Assembly: GCA_051294375.1 (NCBI GenBank)
Contig: JBJCIZ010000239.1
Coordinates: 5,909,074-5,973,073, forward strand
Source of the DNA: Paraspadella gotoi
Taxonomy: Eukaryota; Animalia; Chaetognatha
Length of the DNA stretch: 64,000 bases
Reading direction: 5' to 3'
Position 1 is the first letter of the stretch. Each line of letters starts with the position of its first letter. The position numbers and the translations under genes were made by a program. Positions 36,901 to 50,803 of this stretch are shown here, piece after piece. The notes beneath the pieces are model-generated. The model had not been told where the DNA came from and made no database searches. It was given only the letters and a program-made list of their open reading frames with translations.

Positions 36901-38651
36901 GCTTTTTTTCTCGTTTGATTTGTTGTTGTTATTGGCGAAAAACCAATTAAGGCTGCGAGCACGCAGGAACAACTCGGGCGTGTTGAAACGACGACTGACG
37001 ACGATGATGGCGACGAATAACGACGGCGACATAAGATGATGAAGGACAATGACGACCACCGACGAAGATGATGGCTGATAATAACGACCCAGATGATGAA
37101 GACAAAAACGACAATAATGACGATGATAACGACCAAGATGATGAAGACAACGATGAACAACAATGACGATGATAACTATCAAGACGATGAAGACAACGAC
37201 GACAACGAACGAGGATGATGGCGACAATAACAACGACGACCAAAATGAAACAATGAACGACAATGAAGACAATGATGGGCGTCATAAACAACCAGATAAG
37301 ACAAGACACAATAATGACGATGAGCCGACGATAATTGACCACGATGATAAAGACCGATAACGCGACGATTACCGACGAGATGGCGACGACGAATGGCGAC
37401 AAACGACGACGATGAAGGTTTGATGAGAATAATGATGACGAACGACAATAACGACAATGATGACGTTGTCAAAGTAATGACGAGAAAAGAAAAGGCGACG
37501 ATGATGACAATGAAGATTTTGACGAGGATAATGATGAAAATGAACGGATGATCGACGATGACGACGACAATAAAAGTTTGACGATGAGACGACGACGACG
37601 AATACAACGTGGGCGACGACGACGACGCACACGACGACAAAAGGAAGCCGGGCCCAGATGTTTGGTTGGCGAAAAAAAAATTAAAGGACGAAAAACTTAA
37701 AGGAGAAAAAAAGATAAGGATAAGAAAAGAAAAGAAAAAAGACAAAAAAATAAAAAGAAAAGAGAAAAAGAAAAAAAGAAAATGAAAAAAAAGAAAAAAG
37801 AAAAGAGAAAAAGGGAAAAAAGAAAAGAATGAAAAACAAAACGGAAATTCCAAATGTGCTGCGAGCAGTGACTGCCTTATCACGAGTATTTCTCAAGACG
37901 TGACATGACATTACTTGACATGACGCTACTATGAATGACGATGCGCTAGCAGAACTTGTGATTTGAGGTTTTTTTTCTGTCTAACAAATGAGCAGATCAT
38001 ACACTATAGGCTAATTATATGGCTTTTTAACGTAGTGGACAGACCGACTGACAGAGCATACCGAACCGACCGACCGACGACAGACGACTGACAGACATAC
38101 CGACCGACGCTGACTGACTCTACCCGCGACGGACAGACCGACTGACGACTCATATCGCCACCGACCAGGACGGACCGCACGCGAAAGTGGGCAACTAAAA
38201 GTAGGGAGAAGAGAAGAGATGAAGAGAAGAAATGGTCTCGAAATGAGATCAAAAGGGTCGTGTCTTTGCCGGTCATAGACTGGAAAGCCGTATCGCTCAC
38301 CATTGGGCACATGCCCCATCAAATCCATCAGTAAGCGAGACGCGGTTGTTCAGGCCGCTGCGGCCGATGGGCGCCGCTGCCGTCGCGGCGCGCGTCGCTA
38401 GCTTATCCTGAGTACACAAGTGATATGATAGCCTTCTGTATGAATACTGGTACGAACCAATATAAAAAGTATCTATTTAGTTTAATAAACAAGCTATAAT
38501 GACCCTACTTTGGGCACAGGCTTATGTTGAGTATATTAATATAATATAGATATAATATAAAAGATAGGTCGCTTTAAATTTCTATTAATATGGTAAATAA
38601 AACAAGTGTTGAAGCCACTTGAAGACNNNNNNNNNNNNNNNNNNNNNNNNN

Positions 38652-40830
38652 AAGAAATAAATTAATCCAAATATTGAATTTGTGCGTAAAACTAATATAG
38701 TGCTAAAAATATTATATAAAAAAAAAATAGTACAAAATTATTTAATTTTTCTGTCCGCTAAAATATGTATCCGTTAAAATTTTTTAGTCCTGAAATGAAC
38801 TTTTTTTGTTGGATGATTGTTTTAATTGGCACTCGGCTTGTATATATATTATTTATCTTTTATCTTTATCGAAAATTTTGGTTTGCAAGTCGTAAAAATA
38901 TTTTTTGTTGCAACCTACCTTTTTTTTCGTTTCCGTAATGCATTTAAATTTTAAATCTTTACTTTGCAGTTTGAAGGTGAATTTCGTCATTATTTTTTTA
39001 GCTCCCGTCTTTTCTTTTAATGATTTCACTTTTCCATTTCTTATCTGTTTTCCCTATTCTTTGAATCACACGTCTCTGGATGACGGAATAAAACTTAACG
39101 CGTGCGTCTAAAGTCGAAAGCTTGGAGTTGTCTAATAGGTTTACTAGGTGCGCCGCAGAGTAAATCGCGAGCAACTCTATAGGTCGCTTTTCGGTCAGTC
39201 TGTCGGTTGGTCAGTCGGTATGTCTTTCCTTTCGGGTCTGTCCCATTTACGTTATAAAGCGCCTATATTGGTTACTCATATTGAGACAGGAAAAAACCTC
39301 AAATCTAAAGCGACTTAGTAGCCCGCTTTTTGCTTTTTAAAGAAATCTCATATAAAGTTATAAACTATAAAAATAAAAGATGTTTTCCTGTGCATATCGA
39401 AAATACACCGAAATACCCAGAATTTGTTATAACAAGTCACTGCAGCCGCAACACAACATTTTGAATTTCCGTTCTTGTAATCTTATAAGAATGATTTGAA
39501 GCCTTTTAAAACAACATAGGCCTGTCCAAAGTCAGGCAAGATAGCTTATTTGTGGACGAATTGTTAATTTTTTGAGTTTCTCTTCTATTACAAGATTTTT
39601 CTTTTCTCTGGTTCGTTAGTTTACTACTCCTGAATTAATTTGTTTCCCATATCCTTTTCTCTTTTCCTTCTCTTCTCCACCAGCAACGTAGCCTTTCGGC
39701 GTCCTCGTGCAGTTATGGTGTTCTATTGATCATCGATGATGCTCAGAAATTAGCGACAAGGACGAATAATTAATGTGAACGAATCATGGCACTAACGCCT
39801 CGACGACGTTGCGTGTCTTGATCGTTCGTCGCTGTCATTCTGTCTTCGATATGGTCGATGTCATATTTCGTCATCCGTCGACAGTGTCCTGTCGGTCGCT
39901 CGTGGTCGATCACAATACCGTCATTCTGTAAACCAATCAACATTATGCTGGAATAAAACACTATAGTGTGCAATGAAGGATCCGACAAATTCCGCCAACA
40001 TCTAATAAAACCCCTCTAACAGTCGCTTTGAACGCGTTCTCTGGCAAGATCTGTTAGAACAGGCCATGTTGAAAAAGAATATGTACCGGACCACTAATCG
40101 GTTGGGACCTGGCCGGATACCTAACAGCGTGTCCCAGCAGGATAAAAGTACGCGACGCGAAAGGATTACTCGTGAGATGAACCGCGCTTTATCTCCGCTG
40201 GTCATGACCTGATCGCTTCGTCACTCAATTAGCCAGTCGGCAGTCACACTAGTGAAGGAGATTACATTGACAAATTGAATTAGGCAGGGTCAAAGTTCAT
40301 TAGGGCACAGTTTAGCTAACCTGACTACAAGATCATTCGTGCGTAGTTTTCTGATAATCGGTTGTGTGCGTAATGCGTGCTTGTGACTAACTCCGCATTT
40401 GTCATTCGTCTGATCGTCAAAGTGCTCGAGATATTTCTTCAGTTGTCGTGTCTCTTGAATCGTTCGATCGCTGATGAACTCTGTCACTTGGATCGACTCG
40501 ACTCTCTCGGTCTCGACTAGAATGACCGGTATCGGAGTCTCGTGCCGAGCGTGTGTCCGGTCAAATCGTCGTCGAGGTACCGTCTGCACTCAGTCGCCCG
40601 GTCGAGATGAAACCGACCTGACATTACGAGTCCCGTCGAGTAGCCACACCATCCTGATACCATAACGATCAATGAAGATTGTCGTCAGACTTGTCAATCG
40701 ATCTCCGGACTATCCGGATTGTTCTACCCTGGACGAACGATCGCCTGATAACAATCGACGGACCAGTGTAGTCAGATAGAGTTGACATTTCTTGGACGTC
40801 ATTGGCTAGGGCGAATGAGGAGTTAGGGAA
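38652..40830 (+). repeat. Direct duplicate of ~16626-18700 with progressively decaying quality
   Basis: Begins right after an N gap; differences from the first copy are mostly 1-nt indels. Confidence 0.85.
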
Positions 40831-43800
40831 TTTTGCAGTCGTGCGGTTCGTTCTGCTTGTATAATCCGCTTCGCTCCTTCACCCCGTTCGCTCGGTTTGA
40901 ATCATCGATGTCGTCATAGTCTTTATTATTTCAACCTTTCGTCATGTATGTTCGTCGCTACGGATCGGTGCGTACATCGTCGTTTCGTCTTTCAATTTAC
41001 GTGGACGCCGTGGAGAGACATCGATGGGTCGTCATGAGAATCTTTCGATTCGTTGCCCGAGGTCGGTCGTCTTGTCGTTGCGTCGCACTAGTAAAGGCTA
41101 TTCACGGTTATACCCAGTCCACTGACGCTGCAAATATATTCTATCACTTGCTTCTCGGCTAGGGCGATTCGCTGATGAGGGTCCCGTAAATGGCTCAATG
41201 AGGTTTTTTGGCCAGTGGCGACCACACATACTACTAGCTTGGTATGTATTCAAGGTAGCTGGGTATACTATAGCACTAAGATGGGTCCGAGTTCCCCTCT
41301 GGCTGTCTGATTATAAAAGCATCACATACCCTGCAAGAATTTCACCCTGAACTCCTCATTCGTGTACTTTGCCACTGCCAATGGTCAAGAGGCTAGATAT
41401 ATATACACATGGAGGCGGTCGAAGTATTTTAAGCGGAGCGCATTTATTCTGCCCTGCAAAATTCCCTAACTCCTCATTGGCCCTGCCAATCAAGGGTTGG
41501 TATACACCAGAAGGCTCGAATTATAATGCTTTATAATTCCGAGCCCTCTGCGTATATAACTTGATTGCAGGGGAATGAGGAGTTAGGGACATTTTTGCAG
41601 GGTGGGGCTTTATAATTCGCAGCCTCTGTGTATATATACTTGATTTGCAGGGCGAATGAGGAGTTAGGGATTTTGCAGCGGTGGTGCCTTTAATTCGAGC
41701 CTCTCTGTATATATATTGATTGCCCAGGCGAAATGAGGAGTTTAGGGAATTTTACAGGGGTGGTGCTTGATTAATTTCGAGCCTCGGTGCTATCAATCAT
41801 TTCACTTCATTTTGTCTACGGGAATGGGAGTTAGGCGACAGGATTTTGCAGAGGTGGTGACTTTCTCATTACACTTTAACCGTCAGCCCTCCTGCATGTT
41901 TCGCATCTGACTCAATCATAACAGTCTGATTATTATGGCAGGGTACACAGAGCGCATGAGGAGGGTTAGGGGAATTTTTCGCGAGGGTGGTGCTATTATT
42001 AATTTCGAACCTTTCTAGGTGCTATATAATACCTCTCAGCCACTTGGCCCCAAAATTCCCTAACTCCATCATTTCGCCCTTGCCGAATCAAAGTTGAAGG
42101 AGTTAAAGTGAGTAACATCATTTGATGCGAGTGCGAGGTATGTTATCACTATAGTCAATCTCCACCCCTGCAGAAATTCCTCCTGACTCCTCATTGGCCC
42201 TGCCAATCAATAATGTATAACTATATAGTACACATGGCTCGGGACTATGGTAGACAGAGCACCACCCTGCCAAAATTCCCTAACTCCTCATATTGCATGC
42301 CGTACGATATAGGGTGAAAATTTTTTGCTAGATACACAGGAGGGTGGCTTATATCGATTTCTAATCACATAGCTGCATCCACCCCTGCATATATATACTT
42401 GAATTGGATCAGTTCGCCGGCTCGAACTCCTCATTAGTGGCACCTGCCAATCAAAGTATATGATGGAACTACAGAGTTAGGGAATTTGGTTGGCAGATTG
42501 TGTCATAATTCGAGCCCTTGTGCGACATTATATATATTACTTGGATTGCCGCACCACCACCCCCACCTGCAAAACCATAAGTCCCCTACCAACTCCAAGG
42601 TGGCATTCGCGCCTGCCAATCAAGATATATTATACAAGGAGGCTTCGAATGTATAACACCACCCTGCAAAAATTCCCTGCAACTCCTCATCGCCCTGCCA
42701 ATCAAGTATATATACACAGAGGCTCTGGAATTATAAGCACCAGCCCCGGCAATAATTGCCCATAACTCCCTCATCGCGCCTGCCATCAAGTATATATACA
42801 CAGAGGCTCGAATTAGATAAGCACCACCCTGCAAATAATTCCCTAACCCTCATTCGCCGCCAGCAATCAAGTTATATAACACAGAGCTCGAATTTATAGC
42901 ACACCGTGCAAAATTCCCTAAACTCCTCATTCCGCCCTGCCAATCAAGTATATATAACAGAGGCTCGAATTATAGAAGCACCACCCTGCCAAAATGTCCC
43001 CTAAATCCTCATTCGCCGCTGCAAATGCAAGATATATCATACACAAGAGGCGCCTCGAATATAAGCACCACCCTGCAAAATTCCCTAACTCCTCCATTCG
43101 CCCGCTGCCAAACCTCTCACCAGTACTACTATACACAGAGCAGGGCGTCGAGATTATAAGCACCACCCTGCAAAAATCCCTAATCTCATTACGCTCCTGC
43201 CAATCAAGTTATATATACACAGAGGGTTCCGGAGCGATTCATAATGAGGAGGTTTTAAAGGGAATTACACCCACCCTGCAAAATTCCCTAACTCTCATCG
43301 GCCCTGCCAATCAAGTATATATACACAGAGGCGATTCTGTAATATTGATCAGCAACGGCCACCTGCAAAATTCCCTAATACTCCTCATTCTTCCCTGCCA
43401 ATCAAGTTATTATAACACAGAGGCTTCGAATTATAAGCACACCCTGCAAATTCCCTGTAACTCTCATGTCTCGCCCTGCCAATCAACGGTGTATGCTTTA
43501 ATAATTCGAGCCTCTAGGTTATTATTGATAATACCACATTGAAGTATAGCTTGATTACCTTGATTTGCGGCCAACGGGCGAATATGAGTGAGATTAATCA
43601 AGGCGGGAAGCTCACTCTTCTGGCAAAAGAAATTCCTAACTCCTCAGTTCGCCCTGCAATCAAGTATATATACCAGCAGGCTCGATTATAAGCACCACCC
43701 TGCAAACTTCCCTAACTCCTCATTCGCCCTGCCCAGATCAAGTGGTACTATATATAACACAAGTAGTGCGCAGCTCCTCGATGTAATAATAAATCATAGA

Positions 43801-46800
43801 AGTCTACCACCCTGCAAAAGTGTCCCTAGGAACTCTCATCGCCCTGCCGACGAATCAAGTATATATACACAGAGGCATGAGGTCGAATTGGATATAAGGG
43901 ACACCAACACCTCTGCCCAAAAGGCATTCCTTAACTCCTCATTCGCCCTGGCGCTAAGTCGACTTATAATTTCCCAGCATTAGCTTGTGTATATATTAAC
44001 TTGAGTTGCAGGTATATATACACAGGCGAATGGCATGGAGGGAGATCGAATGTAATATAATGCACGCACCACCCTTGCAAAAATTCCCTAACTCCTCATT
44101 CGCTGCCTATTGTCCAATCAATTATTTATACACAGAGGCTCGAATTATAAAGCAGCCACCCTGCAAAAATTCCCTAACTCCTCATTCGCCCTGGTCCATG
44201 ACTTCATAATAAAGAATATGACGGATACACAGACAGGCTCGAATTATCAAGCCAGCCACCCTGCAAAATTTCCCTAACTCCTTCATTCGCCCTGCCAATC
44301 AAGTTTAATATTATTAACACAGAGGCTCGAACTATTGATAAGCAGCCACCTGACAAATCATTCCCGTGACCACTCGCGTCATTCGCGCGGGCCTGCCAAA
44401 GATCGAGAGATGAATGATAGGTAAGTACGAACAGAGGCTCGAAGTGTATATGGCAGCACCACCTCAAATGCAGAAATCCCTAGACCTTCCTCACTCTCGC
44501 CACTTTCCTAATGGGCAAGTGGTATATATACACAGTAAGGCTCGAATCTACATATTGATTGGCCAGGGCGAAGTATACCGACCACTAAGCGTTTTAAGAC
44601 GGAATTTTGCAGATTCCCGTTGTATCCTAGTGAACTCCAGCCCTCCATTCGCGGGCCTGCCAATTTCAAAGTAGAGTATAATACACAGTAAAGTCGTCGA
44701 AGGGCCAGGGCCTCGAATTATAATTCACCACCCTGCAAAAAGGAATGGGTCCCTAAGAGTTATCTCCTCATTCCGCGCCTGGGAATTGTCACGCATCGAT
44801 AGGTGATGCCTTAATTTTTAATTTCCGAAGTCTACTGGTGTTAAAATATACTTGGATGGACCAGCAGGAGGCTTCGAATTTATAAGACACCACCTGCAAA
44901 ATTCCCCTAAACTCCTCATTTCGCCCTGCACATTCGAAGTATAGATACACAGAGGCTCGAATTATAAGCACCACCCTGCAAAATTCCCTAATCCTCATTC
45001 GCACCATGATAGGCCAATCAATGTATGATAATACACAGAGGGCTCTGAATTAGGGTATATATTGCCAGGGTGTCTAGCTATAATTCGAGCCTCGTGTATA
45101 ATACTTGATGCCAGGAGGGAATGAGGAGCTTCACGGCCAATGCTAAGCAGCAGTGGTATGCTTTATAATTCTCGAGCCTCGTGCTACTTATTATAACTCT
45201 GACTGGTCCAGCCTCACTCTTCAAAAGCTGGAGCAGTTAACGGGAGTCCTGGCCAGGTGGGCTTAGTACATTCTCCAGCTTACCCGGAAGATAAGTGATG
45301 TGCGGCCAAGTATATATAACGAAGAGGCCCCGTCAGAATATATAAGGCAGAGGCCAATGCTACGGCTGACAAATTATTCCCATAAGCTCCTTCATTCGCC
45401 CTGAACCAGATCCGAAGCTATGAGAGTAACACAAGAGGAATCCCCGAAATTAGTTAAAAAGCACCAACCGTAACTTGCAAACATCTGCCTAACTCCTCAT
45501 GTGCCTGTCACAATATCACAGACTTATATATGACAACAAGAGGGCTTCGAATTATAATCTGACTACCCCACCTGCAAAATTCCACAACTCCTACATGGCG
45601 CAGCCTGGCCAATCAAAAGCAGTTACCTATATACATCAGAGAGCTCGACAATCTCAGTTACAGCACCCATCCCTGCAAAAAATCCCCTAACATCCTCATG
45701 TCGCCCTCGACGGCAGTCAGCGAGACCTATAGATATGCAGCAGGGAAGGTTAGCACGAGAATTATGATACCGCAAGGCCACCCTGCATAGATATGTCCTA
45801 ACTCACTCATATTGCGCACCCTGGCCACGATCAAGGATTATAAATATATACCACAGAGGATCGAATTATAAGCACCACCCTTGCAAAAAAATCCCTAACT
45901 CCTCATTCGCCCTGCAATCAAGTATATATACACAGGGCTCGAATTATAAGCACCCACCCTGCAAATTTCCCTAAACTCTCATTCGCCCTGCCAATCAAGT
46001 ATAATATACACAGAGGCTCGAATTATAAGCAAAACACCCTGCAAAATTCCTAACTCCTCATTAGGCCCTGCCAATCAAAAGTATATATACACAGAGGCTC
46101 GAATAATAAGCACCACCCTCAAAATTCCCTAACTCCTCATTCGCCCTGCCAATCAAGTATATAACCACAGAGGCTCGAATTATAAGCACCACCTGCAAAA
46201 TCCCTAACTCCTCATTCGCCCTGCCCCAATCAAGTATATATACACCAGAGGCTCGAATTATAAGCACCACCCTGCAAAAATTCCCTAACTCCTCATTCGC
46301 CCTGCCAATCAAGTATATATACACAGAGGCTCGAATATAAGCACCACCCTGCAAAATTCCCTAACTCCTCATTCGCCTGCCAATCAAGTATATATACACA
46401 GGAGGCTCGAATTATAAGCACCACCCTGCAAAAAATCCCTAACTCCTCATTCGCCCTGCCATCAAGTATATATCCACAGAGGCTCGAATTATAAGCAACA
46501 CCCTGCAAAATTCCCTAACTCCTCATTCGCCCTGCCAATCAAGTATATATACACAGAGGCTCGAATTATAAGCACCACCCTGCAAAATGCCCTAACTCCT
46601 CATTCGCCCTGCCAATCAAGTATATATACACAGAGCTCGAATATAAGCACCACCCTGCAAAATTTCCCTAACTCCTTCATTCGCCCTGCCAATCAAGTAT
46701 ATATACACAGAGGCTCGAATTATAAGCACCACCCTGCAAAATTTCCCTAACTCCTCATCGCCCTGCCAATCAAGTATATATACACAGAGGCTCGATTATA

Positions 46801-47697
46801 GCACCCACCCTGCAAAATTCCACTAACTCCTCATTCGCCCTGCCAACAAGTATATATACACAGAGGCTCGAATTATAAGCACCACCCTGCAAAATTCCCT
46901 AACTCCTCATTCGCCCTGCCAATCAAGTATATATACACAGAGGCTCGAATTATAAGCACCACCCTGCAAAATTCCCTAACTCCTCATTCGCCCTGCCAAT
47001 CAAGTATATATACACAGAGGCTCGAATTATAAGCACCACCCTGCAAAATTCCCAACTCCTCATTCGCCCTGCCAATCTAGTATATTATATATCAGAGGCC
47101 TCGAATATAAGCACCACCCTGCAAAATTCCCTAACTCCTCATTCGCCTGCCAATCAAGTATATATACACAGAGGCTCGAATTCATAAGCACCACCCTGCA
47201 AAATTCCCTAACTCCTCATTCGCCCTGCCAATCAAGTATATATACACAGAGGCTCGAATAATAAGCACCACCCTGCAAAAATTCCCTAACTCCTCATCGC
47301 CCCTGCCAATCAAGTATAATTACACAGAGGCTCGAATTATAAGCACCACCCTGCAAAAATTCCCTAACTCCTCATTCGCCCGCCAATCAAGTATATATAC
47401 ACAGAGGCTCGAATTATAAGCACCACCCTGCAAAATTCCCCCTAACTCCTCATTCGCCCTGCCAATTCAAGTATATATACACAGAGCCTCGAATTATAAG
47501 CACCACCCTGCAAAATTCCCTAACTCCTCATTCGCGCCTGCATCAAGTATATATACAAGAGGCTCGAATTATAAGCCACCACCTGCAAAATTCCCTACTC
47601 CTTCATTCGCCCTGCCAATCAAGTATATATACAACAGAGCTCGAATTATAGCACCACCTGCAAAATTCCCTAACTCCTCATTCGCCCTGCCAATCAA
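40800..47697. repeat. 77-bp satellite array (clean from ~45850; noisy and mixed orientation before that)
   Basis: Unit CCCTGCAAAATTCCCTAACTCCTCATTCGCCCTGCCAATCAAGTATATATACACAGAGGCTCGAATTATAAGCACCA; period measured from 46861 to 46938. Confidence 0.95.
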
Positions 47698-48819
47698 TCA
47701 CGTCATCGTCGTCGTCTTCATGTCGTCTCCGTGAACATCGATGTCGTCATAGTCTTTGTCATCGTTCTATTGTTGTCTTCGTCATCGTCGTCGTCGTCAT
47801 CTGTCGTCGTCTTCAACGTCGCCGTGAACATCGATGTCGTCCATAGTCTTCGACGTCGTCGTCGTCGTCGTCGTCGTCGTTCGTCGTCGGTCGCTCCATC
47901 GGTCTCTCATGGAAATCGATCGAATTTCCCGCCAAAAATATAATTAAAGAGAAAAAAAATCGATAAAAAACAGATAATTATTACCGCAATAAAACTTGAA
48001 TATTTTTTTTCATTGTTGGTTCGCGCATTGACGTGCGGGATATAGAAACGCATGAAAACCAATTAAGAGAATAAAATATATAACTATCGAGTAAATCGAT
48101 TGTAATAAAAAAAAAATTATGCTCTTAGGCATAATCGGATTTTTCTTATTTACTGTACATAAAAATGAGATATTACGTTGTTTATCTGCGTGGAGAATTA
48201 CATCTTCCTTTCATTTGCCGTGTGACATGTAATGAGTTGTGAAGCACTGGAAAATGAAGAATAAGCAGGATGCACACCACACGCACACCCTGGTTTCACG
48301 AAGCGCACCACACCGCACTCAAAGACAATCAAAGCATTACAACAAACGAGGATACTTAACACTTAACATTAACATATATTCTTTAAGAACAACAAAAAAA
48401 TAATGCGACGAGGAAACGGCTGGGAAAAACAAATTGTTACGCTTCGTCGGTATAAAAAAGCCAATAAAACATCGGCTCCTCGGCGAGAAAATGCCAATTA
48501 AAGCAAAATAAACAACTTTTTAAAAAAAAGCATAAAGCATTGTTCTTCGATCATCCTCGTCAATCTCCGGCCATATTTTTCCCGCCAACAATTATTTTTT
48601 TCTCTTCTTCTCCTCTCATCGCAGTTTATCTGTCGGACCAGCGACGCTTCGCAGAGATGGAGCCACGCATCTCGCATAAGGAAAAATGGTTCTCTTTTCC
48701 AAATACCCCTGTTTTCCAATTTTGTTTTGTCAAATTTATTTTAACCTTAATTTATAATTTATAATCTATTACCCAAAACGCATAACCTTAACCTTATCCT
48801 TAACCCAAAATCTATGTCA

Positions 48820-49720
48820 CCTAACTCTAATCCATAAGCTAATCCTAGCTTAATATCATTATGTCTCCTAACCCTAATCCTAGCAATCTTAGCTTAAAAT
48901 CTATGTTACCTAACCCCTCAATCCAAAAGCTTATCCATTAGTGCCCATAATCTTTAACCTAACTCTAAAAAATTTACGAAAAAAAAAATTTAAGTCGCGT
49001 TGATTGCCATTAATCCTTTACAGGTTATTTGCTGAAATTCACGTATATATTCAAACTGGGTAGTTATTGTATTATTCAATTGTACATTTGTAAGGTTTTC
49101 GCCCATTCTTCTGACTTATATGCATTTATCATATCTTCAAGAGGCGAGTCCATAGCTTTCTTCTCTTCAAACTTTAATCACAATCAGATAGTAGGTTTTC
49201 TTTCACGAAAATATCTGAATTCTTAATCAACTCATTTGATTATGTCATATCATTGTCACGAAACTAGTAACCGCAATAAGTTCTCAGCTGGACCTCTCCT
49301 CGTCCGTTGACCGTCCAGGCTGTGTACGGGTGACGCCGTCGTCTCACCTCGCCTCGTCTTTCCGCCGGTATAGGATAGGGCGCAATGGTCTGCTCCCGAG
49401 CGCGCGCGTCGACGGTGTGTAAGCCCTTGAGTCACGCTTTGTGGAAAGGTCCCGACAGTACCATCACGAGAGTCGTGCAGGCTCTGTGCGGTTGTGGACT
49501 GCTTGGTGCCCCTTCGCCCGCGAAGTTCAAAGGGCTAGTGGTGGTTACTTGTGCGGGCCTCGTGCCCCTAACACACACGGACTCTGGGTAGTAAAATGTG
49601 CACAAGGTTGCGATAGAGTTGTGTGCCATCATTGCTCCCGTAAAAGGCTGCTTTCTTGGGGACCGAGGGCTGCTGTCTGACTCTGAAAACTGCTTGTGAC
49701 GTAGAAAAGTGAAAGAAAAC
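48820..49720 (+). repeat. Duplicate of ~19371-20210
   Basis: Colinear, indel-rich match. Confidence 0.85.
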
Positions 49721-50574
49721 ATGTACAGGTACACGCAGAAAAAAAGCAGACGAAAAGTACAAAGGCAATTGAAAACAACGTGAATGAACGATATCTCATC
49801 CACCCCCACCTCCGCTTTCCAAAAGGAAACGGATGGAAACCGGGATGCACGGATTGGCAATCGGCCCTTATGCCGGGGTAGGTGTAATCAGATGAAATGG
49901 ACCAAGAGAAAAAAAATAAAAAATGAAAAAAATACAAAATAAAATTACTAAAAATACTGAAAACAGGTGGAAAAAGCGGCATATCTCATCATGCATTTAC
50001 TGTCTTTAATCAATATTTATTATTTATGTTTCGTGTTTTAATGTCAATATTGCCGTTGGCAGTCGTTAAGAGATCGAACTCAAGCCCCTGACTCCCCCCC
50101 CAAAGGACCATTTCTGAAAATCTAATGGTAATCTTGCCAAGCATCATTATCCATTATTGGAAGTTAGGTTTCCTTTACGCGACTTTATTATTCCGCGCCC
50201 GGGAAAACGAACTGCGATATTGTTTCAAAATACATAATTATCCTATAATGTCTCTATCACTGTCTCTTCATCTCTCTCTCTACTCTCTCTCATCTTTACT
50301 TCCACCTATTCCCTATCACCCCAAACCTCCACAGCTTTACCACAATTTCCATCGTCATGAAAATCGGCAGATTACGAGAACAAAATTTTTTTCGAACGGG
50401 AAGGTTTAATGAACCCTGGGTATATGATGATTTCACTCATTAGTTTGACTTGATAGTTTATTATATTACAGTTTACAATTTAACTATCTGGCACACTATT
50501 TGGGAATATGCAGAAAAACTAGTAAATATATGAAAGGGAAGAAAGAAAGAGAGAGAGAAGAAGAGAGAGAGAGT

Positions 50575-50605
<31 letters not shown>

Positions 50606-50754
50606 GAGAGGAGAGAAGAGAGAGCGAAAAAGTTTAAATTCATACAACAGACACTCGTTTCGAAATTTTCTTTCTCTTAAAATTCCACCAAGGCGGTTAA
50701 GGTATGGAAAAAAATGAAGAAAATAAAGGAATCGACCTCTGCTCCCTATCCTAA

Positions 50755-50803
<49 letters not shown>

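Noticed and set aside
32805-37911. Long Leu/Ser/Phe-, Arg/Glu- and Asp/Thr-rich ORFs (also 18796-19499, 42490-46508, 50714-51358, 58101-61281)
   Set aside because: They are translation shadows of microsatellites and satellites.
45850-47697. CRISPR-like regular array
   Set aside because: Whole units are identical with no unique spacers, there are no cas genes, and the context is eukaryotic; it is a satellite.
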